DNA of 64,000 nucleotides, taken from the IMG/VR virus record IMGVR_UViG_3300045988_108148. One strand, 5' to 3'. Of this stretch, positions 28,866 to 41,700 are shown piece by piece. How positions within the stretch are numbered: the stretch's first letter is position 1; each line of letters opens with the position of its first letter. Below the pieces are notes generated by a model. That model searched no databases. It saw nothing but the letters and a program-made list of their open reading frames with translations, and had not been told where the DNA came from. Source of the stretch: a virus. Made by a program: the position numbers and the translations under genes.

Positions 28866-30827
28866 ATGAAAAAGAAAAACAATAAAAAGACTATACCAGC
28901 ATATGCGTTTGGCATGGATCAGTTGTCAAACTACCTTGGTGGAGCTAATGTATTTGGCTCTGCCATTTCTGGTTTATCAGAAGAAGGTTCAACAGGTGAT
29001 GTTGCAGGTAGTACTATTGGCAGTGCAGCTTCGTTAGCCGGTGCTGGTCTCACTGTAGGTGGTCCTATTGGCGCCGCTGTTGGTGGTGGATTAGGATTGG
29101 TAAGTGGACTTATTGGTTCAATTAAACGCAAAAAGCAAATGCAAGCATTACGACGCAGAAAGGAAACCCTCAACAAGACCAAAATAGGTATGAATGCTGC
29201 AGCTGAAACTGAAGGGGAATATTGGGATAATAATGATCTTGCATATACATTTGAGAATGGTGGAATACTCCCAGACTTAGCGTACTTGGACAATAACGAA
29301 GTGGTCAGAGATGACTCTGGTAATATTGTTCAGGTTCCAAACACACAACCTGGCACAGATAATCATCTAGTGGACGCATCTACTTTAGAATCTGTATTAT
29401 CTGACAAGATTAAAAGACCAGGTACAAATCGTACATTTGCTAAGGAAGGACAAATATTATCTAAAATGACAAAACCTAGCAAAGGCAAAGATATATTTGC
29501 TGAAAATACAAACAGATTAAATAAAATAAATGCTAACAAAGCTTATAATAAATTGTTAGCAGAACAAGAAGCCGTTAAAGCTGCAAAGGGTGTTAAACCC
29601 AAAGTAAAAGGAATACCTGCATATGAGGACGGTACCAATAATAGAAAGTTACGTTGGGGCATTTGGAATGTAGAAGATGTCAATTTACCTGATCTTAACG
29701 TACTGGATAGATTGTTTACCAGAGATGCAAAAGATATAAGTGATCCTGATGCTACTGTTACTAAAGGTAGAGCTGGTATTTATGATGTTAAACCAGTAAG
29801 ATACAACCGTAATGCTGCACATAATACTGCATTACAAATGGGTTCTCCTACAACTGGAACATGGTTTGCACCATTACAAACTACCGTAGCTACACCACAA
29901 CAAGTAGATGCAATCACATATGCAAACGATGAACCAATCGCTGTTGATATACCTCTTTTACCGATTGAATCTGAACCAACTTTAACAAACACGTACACAA
30001 ATGCATCGAATAAACAAGTTACAAAAACCCCTAGTACTACTGGTTCTGTAACCACCAAACAGACAACCAAACCTAACATTACTAAAACTACTACTCAAAG
30101 ATTATCTGAACCAGCAATACCACTAGTAAACACTAGTATGGCAATAGATTGGGAGGATGTTGTTACTCCAGTAAATATACCAACGTCTGCAGATGAAGCT
30201 ACTAAGAAACGTGCACTTGGTAAACCAAAAAGTGGGTATTCACCAGATTGGTTATCGTTGGCTCCTACGGTGTATAATACTTTACAATCATTAAGAGGAC
30301 CAGAAGAAGAACCATTAGTATTAAACCCATATGCTGGTGCAGTTAGAAGTACAATGGCTAGACGTAGAATGAACATTGAACCAGCTAGACTAGCTAACAG
30401 TAGATCAAGGGCCATTTCAAATTATAACTTAGCAAATATTAATGCTAATACTGGTGCTAATTTAGCAGCAAGAACTCAAGCTGCTGTTGATGAGTATGCT
30501 TCTAATGCAAACATGTACGCCACTAAACAAAATGCTGACAATGCTTACTTAGGAGAATACGCAAATACTCTTAATAATTTAGGACAACAATTTGTACAAA
30601 GTGAAAATATGTACAACGATCTTAATGCTAGAAACAGAGCTGCTGCTAGAAACTTTGGAGCAACTGCAACTAGTCAACTTGGTAAATGGTCTCAAGTAAA
30701 TAGACAAATGCAAAATCAATACAATAGGGATCAAATGACACTACCATTCTTAGCTGATTTCTTAAGTCAAGGATTTACTAAAGAACAAGTGGATAATTTA
30801 TTAACAAGAACTAGAAATAGAGTTTAA
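28866..30827 (+). CDS. Virion internal/ejection-type protein with N-terminal Gly-zipper membrane segment
   Basis: 653 aa. Contains GSAASLAGAGLTVGGPIGAAVGGGLGLVSGLIGSI followed by a basic stretch. Has a Thr/Pro-rich linker and an Asn/Ala/Gln-rich C-terminus. Confidence 0.6.
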   Translation: MKKKNNKKTIPAYAFGMDQLSNYLGGANVFGSAISGLSEEGSTGDVAGSTIGSAASLAGAGLTVGGPIGAAVGGGLGLVSGLIGSIKRKKQMQALRRRKETLNKTKIGMNAAAETEGEYWDNNDLAYTFENGGILPDLAYLDNNEVVRDDSGNIVQVPNTQPGTDNHLVDASTLESVLSDKIKRPGTNRTFAKEGQILSKMTKPSKGKDIFAENTNRLNKINANKAYNKLLAEQEAVKAAKGVKPKVKGIPAYEDGTNNRKLRWGIWNVEDVNLPDLNVLDRLFTRDAKDISDPDATVTKGRAGIYDVKPVRYNRNAAHNTALQMGSPTTGTWFAPLQTTVATPQQVDAITYANDEPIAVDIPLLPIESEPTLTNTYTNASNKQVTKTPSTTGSVTTKQTTKPNITKTTTQRLSEPAIPLVNTSMAIDWEDVVTPVNIPTSADEATKKRALGKPKSGYSPDWLSLAPTVYNTLQSLRGPEEEPLVLNPYAGAVRSTMARRRMNIEPARLANSRSRAISNYNLANINANTGANLAARTQAAVDEYASNANMYATKQNADNAYLGEYANTLNNLGQQFVQSENMYNDLNARNRAAARNFGATATSQLGKWSQVNRQMQNQYNRDQMTLPFLADFLSQGFTKEQVDNLLTRTRNRV

Positions 30828-30828
30828 T

Positions 30829-32742
30829 ATGGTAAATAGATATGATAATCCTGCACAAGCAGAATTCATAAATACATACGTTCCAATTCCATTTGAACAA
30901 TTGTATACACTTGGGAAGCAGGCAAAAGAAAACGTAGATCAAGCATTAAAAGATTATTCAACAGCTTTGGATAAATGGGCTGAATTTCAATCTCCATCCG
31001 CTGCTGACACAAAAGCATACTATGATGAAACTTATGGTAGAGCTTTGCCTGTGGCTGAAGAATTGTCTAAAAACTTAGACATGATAAAAACTGCAGAAGG
31101 TAGATCTAAGATATATTCAGCAATAAACAATGTAGACAGAGCTAAATTAAGTATGCTTCGTCAAAGTGCTGAAGGTTTAAGAGAGAGACAAAAAGTAAAT
31201 CAACGTCTAATGCTAGAAGGTAAATATAATCCCTTGTGGCACGATGTTGATTTTACTGGTTATAACACACTTACTTCAGGTATTTATAATGATGTATCTC
31301 CACTAGGTTATCAATCAATAAAAGATCTTACAGATAAATATGTAAATAATCTTAAAGATAGCTATTTGGGTAGATCCAACGGTTTTATTCATACTGGTGT
31401 AACTGGGGATCAAATTAAAAAAATATTGGATGAAAATAGAAGTGGTATACTATCTACTCCTGAGGCTCAAATGCATATGCAAGTGTACTTAAAACAGAAC
31501 CCTGGAGCAACCGCTGAAGATGCTGCAAATGCTTTTATGGAAAGAGCATATATAGATAATCAAGAATACATTAGAAATAATATTACAGTAGACCCATATG
31601 CAATGCAAGCTTTGAAAGAACAACAAGCTTTAAGAGTTGCAGCTACACGAAAAGGAAAAAATGGTGAACAACCAACTGATTATCCAGATGCTTATACTAA
31701 ATTGTATAATGACGCAGTAGTTCAAGAAAAGCGTCAAATGCAAAATAATCCAAATCTAACTAGAACAAGATCATTTATAGAAGGTCAAGCATCTATGATA
31801 CAGACTTTGACAGACGCTGCTAATGCTCTAGAATTAGGTGCTATTACTCCAGAAGAATACAACACTATGTATAAGGCATACCAAGAATCTGCATCAAAGA
31901 ACTACAGTAATGAAGCTATGGCAAATGCTTATGCAGAGGATGTTAGGGATATGTTTGCTAAACAATCTGATATATTCCCAGCTGTTGGAGTAAAACAAGA
32001 AAAGTTACCATTGTACTATGATACTGCGTCCAGGGTGTTGAACGAACTTACTTATCCTACTTCAGGATTAGTTATGAACCGTTACAATAAAATAAAATCT
32101 TCTAAAGAAGTAGAAATTAACAGTAATGATGCTATAACTAATGGATTTACTATTCCAGATACTAATGGGTTAATATTGTCCACAGACTTTGTAAACAAAG
32201 TAATGAAGGTTCCTTCTATGAAATACACTGTTCAGGATAATTCAAGACTTAATAGAAACTTTGCAGAAGACCTAAAATCTGGAGTATTCCAAGATGTTAT
32301 AAAGGTGCCTAGAAACAAAATAATGGTAGGTGAATCCAATGGTCAACCACAATTATTTCAAAGGGTTAGTGTTAAGATACCTATTCAGTCTATAAGAAAT
32401 GCTAACTATGATGTTGACAGTTTTAAAGAAATGGTTAATAAAACTATGGGTTTAACATCTGAAGTTGGTTTAAGTGTTAAGCCAATAAAAGGTGAAAGTG
32501 TGGAAGATGCGTGGGGTCACTCTGACACTAGAGGTGGGGCAGCTCTTACTGGAGAATACTTTACATTTGATGCAATGGAACCAATTGATCCACATGGTAT
32601 GACAAGAATGACTTTTGATCAAGAAGTCAATAAAGAACATGGTGGGTCTAAACTACAAAATGATTTATATGATAGTTCATATAACGAATCATATTCTTCT
32701 GATATCGAACTTTATCAAACTATGCTTAATCTGTTACAATAA
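30829..32742 (+). CDS. Virion-associated protein, function unknown
   Basis: 637-aa ORF tightly packed between neighbours. Confidence 0.7.
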   Translation: MVNRYDNPAQAEFINTYVPIPFEQLYTLGKQAKENVDQALKDYSTALDKWAEFQSPSAADTKAYYDETYGRALPVAEELSKNLDMIKTAEGRSKIYSAINNVDRAKLSMLRQSAEGLRERQKVNQRLMLEGKYNPLWHDVDFTGYNTLTSGIYNDVSPLGYQSIKDLTDKYVNNLKDSYLGRSNGFIHTGVTGDQIKKILDENRSGILSTPEAQMHMQVYLKQNPGATAEDAANAFMERAYIDNQEYIRNNITVDPYAMQALKEQQALRVAATRKGKNGEQPTDYPDAYTKLYNDAVVQEKRQMQNNPNLTRTRSFIEGQASMIQTLTDAANALELGAITPEEYNTMYKAYQESASKNYSNEAMANAYAEDVRDMFAKQSDIFPAVGVKQEKLPLYYDTASRVLNELTYPTSGLVMNRYNKIKSSKEVEINSNDAITNGFTIPDTNGLILSTDFVNKVMKVPSMKYTVQDNSRLNRNFAEDLKSGVFQDVIKVPRNKIMVGESNGQPQLFQRVSVKIPIQSIRNANYDVDSFKEMVNKTMGLTSEVGLSVKPIKGESVEDAWGHSDTRGGAALTGEYFTFDAMEPIDPHGMTRMTFDQEVNKEHGGSKLQNDLYDSSYNESYSSDIELYQTMLNLLQ

Positions 32743-32745
32743 TAT

Positions 32746-35700
32746 ATGGAAACATCTATATTAGACAAATACAATGCTGGTTTAATTCCTTCTAAAACCA
32801 ATGCCACTACTGCCGCTATACGGCAAGTAAATGCACAGCATTCCCCTTTAACAAAAATTAAAACAGGGTACGATCGTGAATTGGAACAAACTCCAATTGA
32901 TGATTATGAAGAAATGTATCTATTGGACAAAGAAAATCCAGAGGAAACTCTTAAAGATAAGAGCTACTTAAAAGATGCATGGACCACTTTTATGAATAGT
33001 AGAGATCAAATCAATCTAATGTCGGAAAGAGCTAAATTAGCTAAGGATATAAATCCCGTATTAGATGATATTGATTATGAATTGAATTTTCTTAGTGATA
33101 AGCAAAAGCTTAAAAATCTTGAAAATACTATTCCTACTTTGGATGAGAATTCTGAAGAATACAAAAATGCAATATCTGAATATTTTCAACTTCAAAGAAC
33201 ATTAGCAGATAGACAAGAGCAATACGATAGCATCTTGTCTAAATATGGTGAAAAAGAGGGTGATAACATTGATGCGAGAATTGAATATCTAAGTAATTCT
33301 AGAAAATCGTGGGAAGAAGAAAGATCTAAAGTAAATGAAGAAATAAATAATATATACTCTAACTTACGAGAAAGATCTGAAAATTATACACCGTCTTCTG
33401 AATTTAGAATAAAAGAACAAAGAGCTCAAGACAAACCTTGGTATTCCCCAGATTATTTCTTATACGCTGGTCCAGGTTTAACAGGTTCTTCTATGGCAAC
33501 TGTTAATGGTTATATTGCAGATGCTTTAGCTACTGGAGCTTTATGGTTAGGTAGACACTATGCTACTACTGGAGCATTGAACGCTGTCCCTGGAATTGGT
33601 GCTGCATCTAATCTAATTGGGTGGGGTAGTGCAATTGCAGCTACTGCAGCTAGTGTTGCTGGTAATATATACAGTAGACATAGAGAATCTTTAGCTCAAG
33701 TATATGGTGCGTATAGATCTAGAATTGAAGATAGTTTAAAGGAACAAGGTATTGACATTAAACAATATGCTGAAATTGGTAGAAACCAGTTAAAACAACA
33801 AGACCCCAATATAGATGTTTCTAAGATCTCTGATGATGAGATAATAGATAGAGTTATATCTGGAGAGATAAACATAAATGATGCAACTCTAGCAAATGCT
33901 AAAAGATCTTTAAAAGATGGATTAGAAAGAGTTTATGATAACAACATGGCATTATCTGCTATGGATGTTGCTCAATCTGCTTTAGTATTTGCACCTCTTG
34001 GTAAAGCTATGGGTAAAATAATAACAGCTCCAATTAAAACTGCTTTAAACCCATTGTTAAAAACAGGTACGAAATTAAGCGAAGCTGCAGCAAGTAAATA
34101 TAACAAACTTATAGACGCTTATACTGGGTTTAATGCTAGACTTGCATACAATTCCCCAGTAAAAAATGCTAGTTTACAAGCTGCTAAAGCACTTGGTAGA
34201 TTAGGTTTCTCTGCTACTGGAGAAGCATTTGAAGAAGCTAACCAAGACATATTTGATTATGATTATATTTCTGGTAAGTATGATAAAAAGTCTAGCAGTG
34301 TCTTTCAATCCTTAATGGGGTTAGCTGATGCCAACTATCGTACTGCAAAGATATTATCTGGAATAGATACTGAATCTGAATTAGCAAATGATCCACAATT
34401 TTGGAATGATGTAAAAGGTGGTTTTGCATTAGGTTTATACATGGGTGGACCTACAATTGCTTATCATTCTGGGTTAAAGACTTACAAAGACATGACTGCC
34501 AACTCTTTTGTAAGAGACGTAGTTGCAGATCACATTGGTAAAAAAGATGCAATGATCAAAGCTATGTCCTACTCTGAGATGGCAAACAAAAAATTAAACT
34601 ATCAACAAAATGTACTTGATGTACTTGAAAACTACAAGTACAATCTACCAGAAGGTATCACTGAACAAGATTTAAATGATGAGATAGCTACTGCAAATAA
34701 TATCTTTAGTTTATCTAAATCTAAAGTAAATCAGAACATTGGTAAAACTATTGGTTATAATCCTGGGACTACTGAATATAATACTTTAATTGGGTTGCAA
34801 CACTTGGCAACAATAGATGCACAAGAAGCACTTGACAATGCCAATCAAGCACAAGAGGCAGACAATGCTTTCTATACTACTTTGGAAAATGATCAAATGT
34901 TAAATCATTATTCTCCAGAAGAGAAGCTTACTGCTGTTGCATTAACTAAGTTAAACATTCAAAAGCAAGCATTAGAACAATTAAAAACAGCACTCGAATC
35001 TAAGCCAGAAGAAAATCAACAAAAGTTTGGTATAACGAATGAGTCAAATGCTGTTGGTAAATCTATTTCAAAAGAAATACCTAATATATTAAAAGACATA
35101 GATGCTAAACTAAATCAATTATCAGAAGGTACTAGATTCAGTTCAAACTTCATAGCCACTCCAAATTTGGTTAACAAAGGTATTGATAGTTATGTCAACA
35201 CAATGATTGCAAATCATGACCTTTTGGTAGCTGAGCATAAGATGAACGAAATATTCGGCAATACTTTGGAAGATGGCAAACTTATAAACTTCAACAACGC
35301 TTCTAATGAATCAAAAAAGAATATAGGTAAAAAGATAAAAGAAAGAATTGATAATTATATAAACAATTCAGATGAAGCATCAAAGATAGTAGAAGAAAAT
35401 GCAAAGGATGTTGTTGAAGCAGAATCTGCAAAAGAAATGTCTAGAGAAGCAGCTAATCAAAGTGATGATCAACAACCTATTACTAACAACGAAACTCAAG
35501 TAGATAATCAAGTAGCTACTGAAGTAGAGCAAGAAAAGGCAACGTCTCCAAAAACTCCTATTATGGATGACAGGGCTACTTCTGACATTGATACTAAAAT
35601 ACCAGTAGTAGAGAAGGAAATAAAAGAAGATGAAGAATTTCCTACTAAAGGATTAGAAGAGTTAAGTAAGGAGTTTGAAGAAACCTTAGCCAAAGTAAAA

Positions 35701-38700
35701 GAAAAAAAACAAGAAGATACTGAAAGGAAACCTAAACCTGAGCCTAAACCAGTTGTTGAAACTCAAGAAGACGAAGAGGATGAAATAGAATTTGAGCGAG
35801 CTGATGAAAAAGCTCTGATAGATCTTGCAAATTCTGAAGCTGTTTCAGACGAGGATGATAAAAAAGTATCTGAAACTTATGAAACTTCTAATCCTGAAGT
35901 AACTGAAGAATCTCAAGTAAAATGGGCCCGTAAGAAGATTGCTACAGAATCTAAAATGAACAGAAGAGCAGATATGGACTCTGAGACTAGAGATTTGGAT
36001 GAATCTTTAGAAATTGAGGAAATGGTACAAGATAAAGTATCTCATACACTGTTCTTTAATCCTGATGCTACAACGCCTATTTATCCTGGTACCAAGCCAG
36101 GCAAGGAATTAGCAGAGAGAATAAAAGATCCAAACTTTTTTAATGATAGTTTCTGTGAGTTTGTTATAAATAAAGATTATACAGAAAAGGGGCATAAACC
36201 ATATAAAGAAAATGATCCTAGTACATATGATTCTGCATCTATAATAATGTTAATTCATCATGGCACTGGCGATTATGCAATGGCTTTGAAAACTCCTTCT
36301 GGAGCTAGAACTTTCTTAGCAGCAAAATTAGCTAGCATACCTAAAGAAAGGCTTACAGAAGAGGATATTAATCTTATTAATAATGCTAATGATTTATCTA
36401 TAGCAGATTTACGTAGATTTAGAAATGCAGTAATTTCTACAATAGAGTCTGCGACAAATGATGAAGCTGTAGTACCTAGCACAATAGTTAGAACTAAAGG
36501 AATACCTAATGTTGTTAGAAAAGATGGTAGAGCTGTATTCAGACCAATACACGAAGTAAAAGGCTTACAGATACCAACAGAAATTACTGAGATTACTCCA
36601 GAAAATGTAACATTTGGTATAAGTGATGGTATTGTAAAAGATTCTGATATAATAGGAGCCAATGGTGAAATGTTGCCAGGTAAAGGTGGTAGTGGACAAT
36701 TGTTTATTTATCCACCAAAATCTAGTACTTTATCAAATCAAATGTTGCCATTACAATTAACTCTTCAAAGATTTGACAGGAAGCAAGCTGAGTTTTTAGC
36801 TGACTTGTTAATCAATTATGGCACTAATACTAACTCTGAATATAGAGATACAGGAGTTATTGCTGGAGAATTAATTGACTTTATGGTTAGATTTGGAGAT
36901 GCTACCAAAGTAACCACTGCAGATAAAACATTTGATTGGTTAAAAGAAAAGCAATTGTATATTGATGATAAATCCAATCTAATAGTTGGTGAAAAAACAT
37001 TCAATATAGGCAATTTATCTACTCAGGATAAAAAAGACATAGTTGAAGCTTTAATGGGATTCCATTGGCGTGTAGCTAGAAAGAATTTCTTCAGCCCAAT
37101 AAAAGAAGCATTACCTTCTGTATATGATTATTTTAACAATAATTCTGTTGATTTGCTTGATATCATTCCAGGTATATCTCTTACTAAGGATGATTTCATT
37201 TCTTCTACCCCAGTTTATACTATGGGTGTGTTAGAAAAAGCTGGTATAATAAGAAGTGACTTAGATGATCAACTATTTAAAGATTCTTTCGCATATGCTG
37301 AAGATGTTCAAAAGATACCAAGAAAGATCAATAATCCTGAAGTAAAAGAAGCTGTTGAAAATAAAGCCAGTTCGTTACCAAATATTCCTAGCACCCCAGA
37401 ACCACAGACAGAGGTTACTGAAGATGTTACGACTTCTGAAGTTACAACTCAAGATGATTCTTACATAAAGGAAATAACTAATGATGGAGAAATAGATCCT
37501 TTGAGTTTGGGAATTGATGAAGATTTTGATGTACCTTTTCGTAAAGTTGCAGGAAATATATCAGAAGTAGTAACTCCAGAAGAAATTCAATGGTTTAGAA
37601 ATAAATTAGGATTACCAGAAGATTCTTTACATATCGTTGAAGATGCTATTGCACTTGGTGGTAATGAGTATGCTATGGGTCTTGTTAGAAAAGATTCTAC
37701 CATACTGTGGAAAGGTGCAGAACGTGGTACATTGTATCATGAAGCATTCCATAGAGTATCATTATTAACTATTTCTCCAAAGGAAAGAAAGAAAATTTAT
37801 GAATTCTATAGAAATAGAACTGGTTTTGTTGGAAGTGATAAACAAGTAGAGGAAGCTTTAGCAGAAGACTTTAGGCAGTATATGCTAAATAAAGTAGATC
37901 CTGAATTAAATCTTCTTAAAAGAGCTTGGAAAGCTATTAAGAATTTCATAAGTAAATGGGTTTGGAGAACCGATACTAGTATTGATAATATTTTTAATAG
38001 AATCGATTCTGGTTATTACAATAGATCTAAACAAGATTCGGCTGCTGTAAATGAATTTCTTGCTGCATATAAAGGTGCAGGTGCTCCATTTAAAATAAGA
38101 AACCACAAATTTAAAAACATTACTAACACACAATTCAAAGAAACTGTAAATTCACTTGTAGGTGCTTTATTTACATTAAATAACATAAGACTACGTGATG
38201 ATTTGCAAAATCTTAATTATGGAGTGTTAAAAGCTGCATTAAAACCAGAAATAACAGCAAAGTTAGTTGAAAAAGGAACTATTACTAAGGAGCAAGGGGA
38301 AGTTAGAAATGAAATATACAATACATTTGATACTGTATTTAAACCAGAAATTATAAATAAATTAAATGAGTATCAAATAAGAGCAGTGGATAAGCAGGAA
38401 AATATTGATGCAGAGATTGATGAGAAAGCAGTTGGTAATGATGTAGGTGATCAGATGGCTAACTACATTCAAGAACAATTGGCTGTTTCAGTTAAAGATA
38501 ATGCTCTTGCATCTATAAAGATTTTCATTGCAACAATGCCTAGGACAGAATTTGTCATGAAACAAAAAACAAATCCTGATGGCACTGTGACTCAAGTACA
38601 AGGTGTTGCTGCAATAAAGAGTCCTGTTACAGGCTTACCTCTAATGGTTGACTTTGATAAATCTTGGAATACAATTATTAATGAAATTCACTCTGAAAAT

Positions 38701-41700
38701 ACATTCAAAGGAATGATGGACAAGAGTGCAAAACTTGCTAAAGTAACACCATTATTTAAAACTTTGTATAATGAGTTATACAAGATTACAAATGAATATG
38801 TACAAAAGAAAGGTATTCAAGAGGACGAAGTTCAAAAAATAGCAAGAGAGAATTTACAAACTCAGTTTAGAAACACATTCCGTAAAGCTAGACACAAGTT
38901 AGTTGGTATTTTATCAGAAAAAGTTGAAGATGAAAACGGTAATGAACAAACTAACTTGTATGTTAAAGATGAAAATGCAAATAAAGTATCTAAAAATATA
39001 TTAGAGGGTTGGAATTACAATTTAATAACAAACAGTGGTGTATTAGATACTTCTGATAACTTATTTAAAGCAAAAGTTAGTGAGTCTGAAGAATTCGTAG
39101 CTAGAGAAATCAACAATGAATTCAATAAAATAATAAAGATTGTAGAAAAATACAAAACTACACCTAACAAGAAACTAGTAAATGGTCAAACTTATAAAGA
39201 GTATGTACCAGAGAAGTTAATTACTATTAAGAATAAGATAGTTGATTTACTTAATAAAGTTGGAGTAGAAATTGATTTAGAATCATTAAACTCCTTCCTT
39301 ACTAAGGAATATTATAATTCAGATTCTACTGAGTCATTAGTTTCAATGTTATCAGATAGATCCAATAAAGGTATATATTTCTTCTTTAATTCTAAAGTAA
39401 AGGACTTAGCAAAGATTCAAGAAAGTGGCGTAGTTCCTGGTCAATATAATAGAAGTATTACAAAATATTATGATGACTCTAAATTCTTAGGAAGACTTGC
39501 TGAAACATATGCAATGTTGCATCCTTCTTCTGATGAATTATCAGTATTATCTACTGATGGTAAATTGTTGTATCCTATATCAGAACACAATTATTTGTCT
39601 GACATGGTTCAAAGATTGGATAATGACCCAGCAACAGTAGAAGCACTTACCAAAGTATTATACAATACTGGTAATAATACCAATCCTAATTACTTCAAGG
39701 GTTCTGTATTGTTAACAAATTTATATAATAATGCAGATGCTAAAGGTAAAATAGGATTTGAAACTCTTGTTTATTTTAAAGAACAAGGTAGTGCAGATAA
39801 AGGACGTAAGTACACAGAAATATCCCCTCTTGAAGACTATATTGCTAAGATGACATTCACTAGAGCAGGTAGAATTATCTTACCTACTATGGGTGATTCT
39901 CAAACATATAATACATTATATGGTACTGCAATAAACAACTTTAAAAATCCATTTGACGTAAGTAATGGTGAAATAAAATTCGATGCTCAAATTCTTAAAA
40001 GATTTATTAATTACTTTGAAACTGAATTAGATACCATTGAATTTAATTACAAGAATGAAAATAATTTAACTGAGGAACAAAAAGTAAAGAACTATGATAC
40101 AGGAAATAGAAATGGTTATAGATTCAGATACTTCAATGGATTCTTTAAATTGAAAGAAAGACCTACGTTAAATGGTATTGAATTTGAAAAAGATTTTTCG
40201 AACTTTAACGAAGCATTAGACCTAGCAGAAGATCTTGGTGGTAATGAATATGGAACTTCTATTATTTCTCAAATAAGAAATAATTGGAATAAGTTCAGTA
40301 ATGCTGAAAAAGCAAATCTAATGAATAACTACCTGTGGGATGCATTTAAAGATGAGTTAAATTATGCACAAGAATTAGGTATAATTAAATGGGATGGTAA
40401 TAAAATAGCTAGTGTAACGAGTTTAGCATTGCCCCAGAAGGCATTAGAAGAAGCATCATCACATTATAAAAAATCTGCAACAGTTTCTAATTATAGCGAA
40501 AATCTTGGTGCTGCTGAAATGATTGGTAATTATTTTGCTAATACCATTTCTTCAGTAATTGAATTTGAGAAACTTTTTATAAAAGATCCAGCCTACTACA
40601 AAAATCCTGTAGATAAAATTAAACGTTTACGTGAGGTATTATCCACTGGTGTTACTCCAAGAATAGACTACGAAGAAGGAAATACAATGGCAGATCTCAC
40701 TGAAGTGAACGTAGGTACACTATCAGATAATGTTATCGTAAGTAGACAAGCTGATCAAATTGCAGAGTATGCTAAAAGATCTGCGGCTATACGCTTGCTT
40801 CAGGAAATGCACAATATGACATTAGATGAGGCAATTAGAACTTACGATAGTTCTGAAGCTTTACCTCAGGATGTAGAAGATGCAGCTAATCTTATAGTAA
40901 GAGATAAATTTAATGGTTATCTTAATCCAAAAGGTAAAGTAAACCAAACTGATGCCACAGTACTAATATCTCCAGAGTTTTATAAAGAACTAGTACGTAG
41001 AGTAGATGGATGGACACCGCAAGTAGCAAAAGCATTTGACTTACTTAATGATCCAAATGCAGATCTTGAAGCAGATATGGATACGTATGCAGAAGCATTG
41101 GCGGTTACATTGAAACCTTTGAAATTCATGTATTTTGGTGATCATTACGATGTAGGTGCTAAAAGGGATATACCAATATTTGATAAGATGGCTATGTTCC
41201 CTGTACATCGTATCTTCTCTACTGGGGACATGGGTAAAGTATTGGAAGTTATGCAATCACGTAATATCCATATGCTTGCTTTTGATTCCGCAGTAAAAGT
41301 AGGACAAAGGGCTAAAGAAGTTAAATCAAGAATCTATAAAGATAAGACTAATAAAGAAATAGACATGGACAGTCTGATGTCAATGCCTACTCACAAACAA
41401 TCTTTGGCTAACTTTAGACGTCAGTTAATTACTGATCCTCACCATGCAGAAAGACAAATGTTTGTATCTCAAGCACAAAAAGCTGCCATGGGTAATATCA
41501 GAAGTGCATGGAAATATACTACACCAGATGGTAAAGTATATAATGGTGATGAGTTGATTAATAATTTTAACGGTGCTCACAATGCCATTACTGAAGCTGG
41601 TAGAAGAGAGATAGAAAGAGATTTTGGTATTACTCCAGATAAACCTCAAGTAAGTGTACAAAGATTTGCTGAAATTATGCAACGCAAAGCTTTAAGTTCA

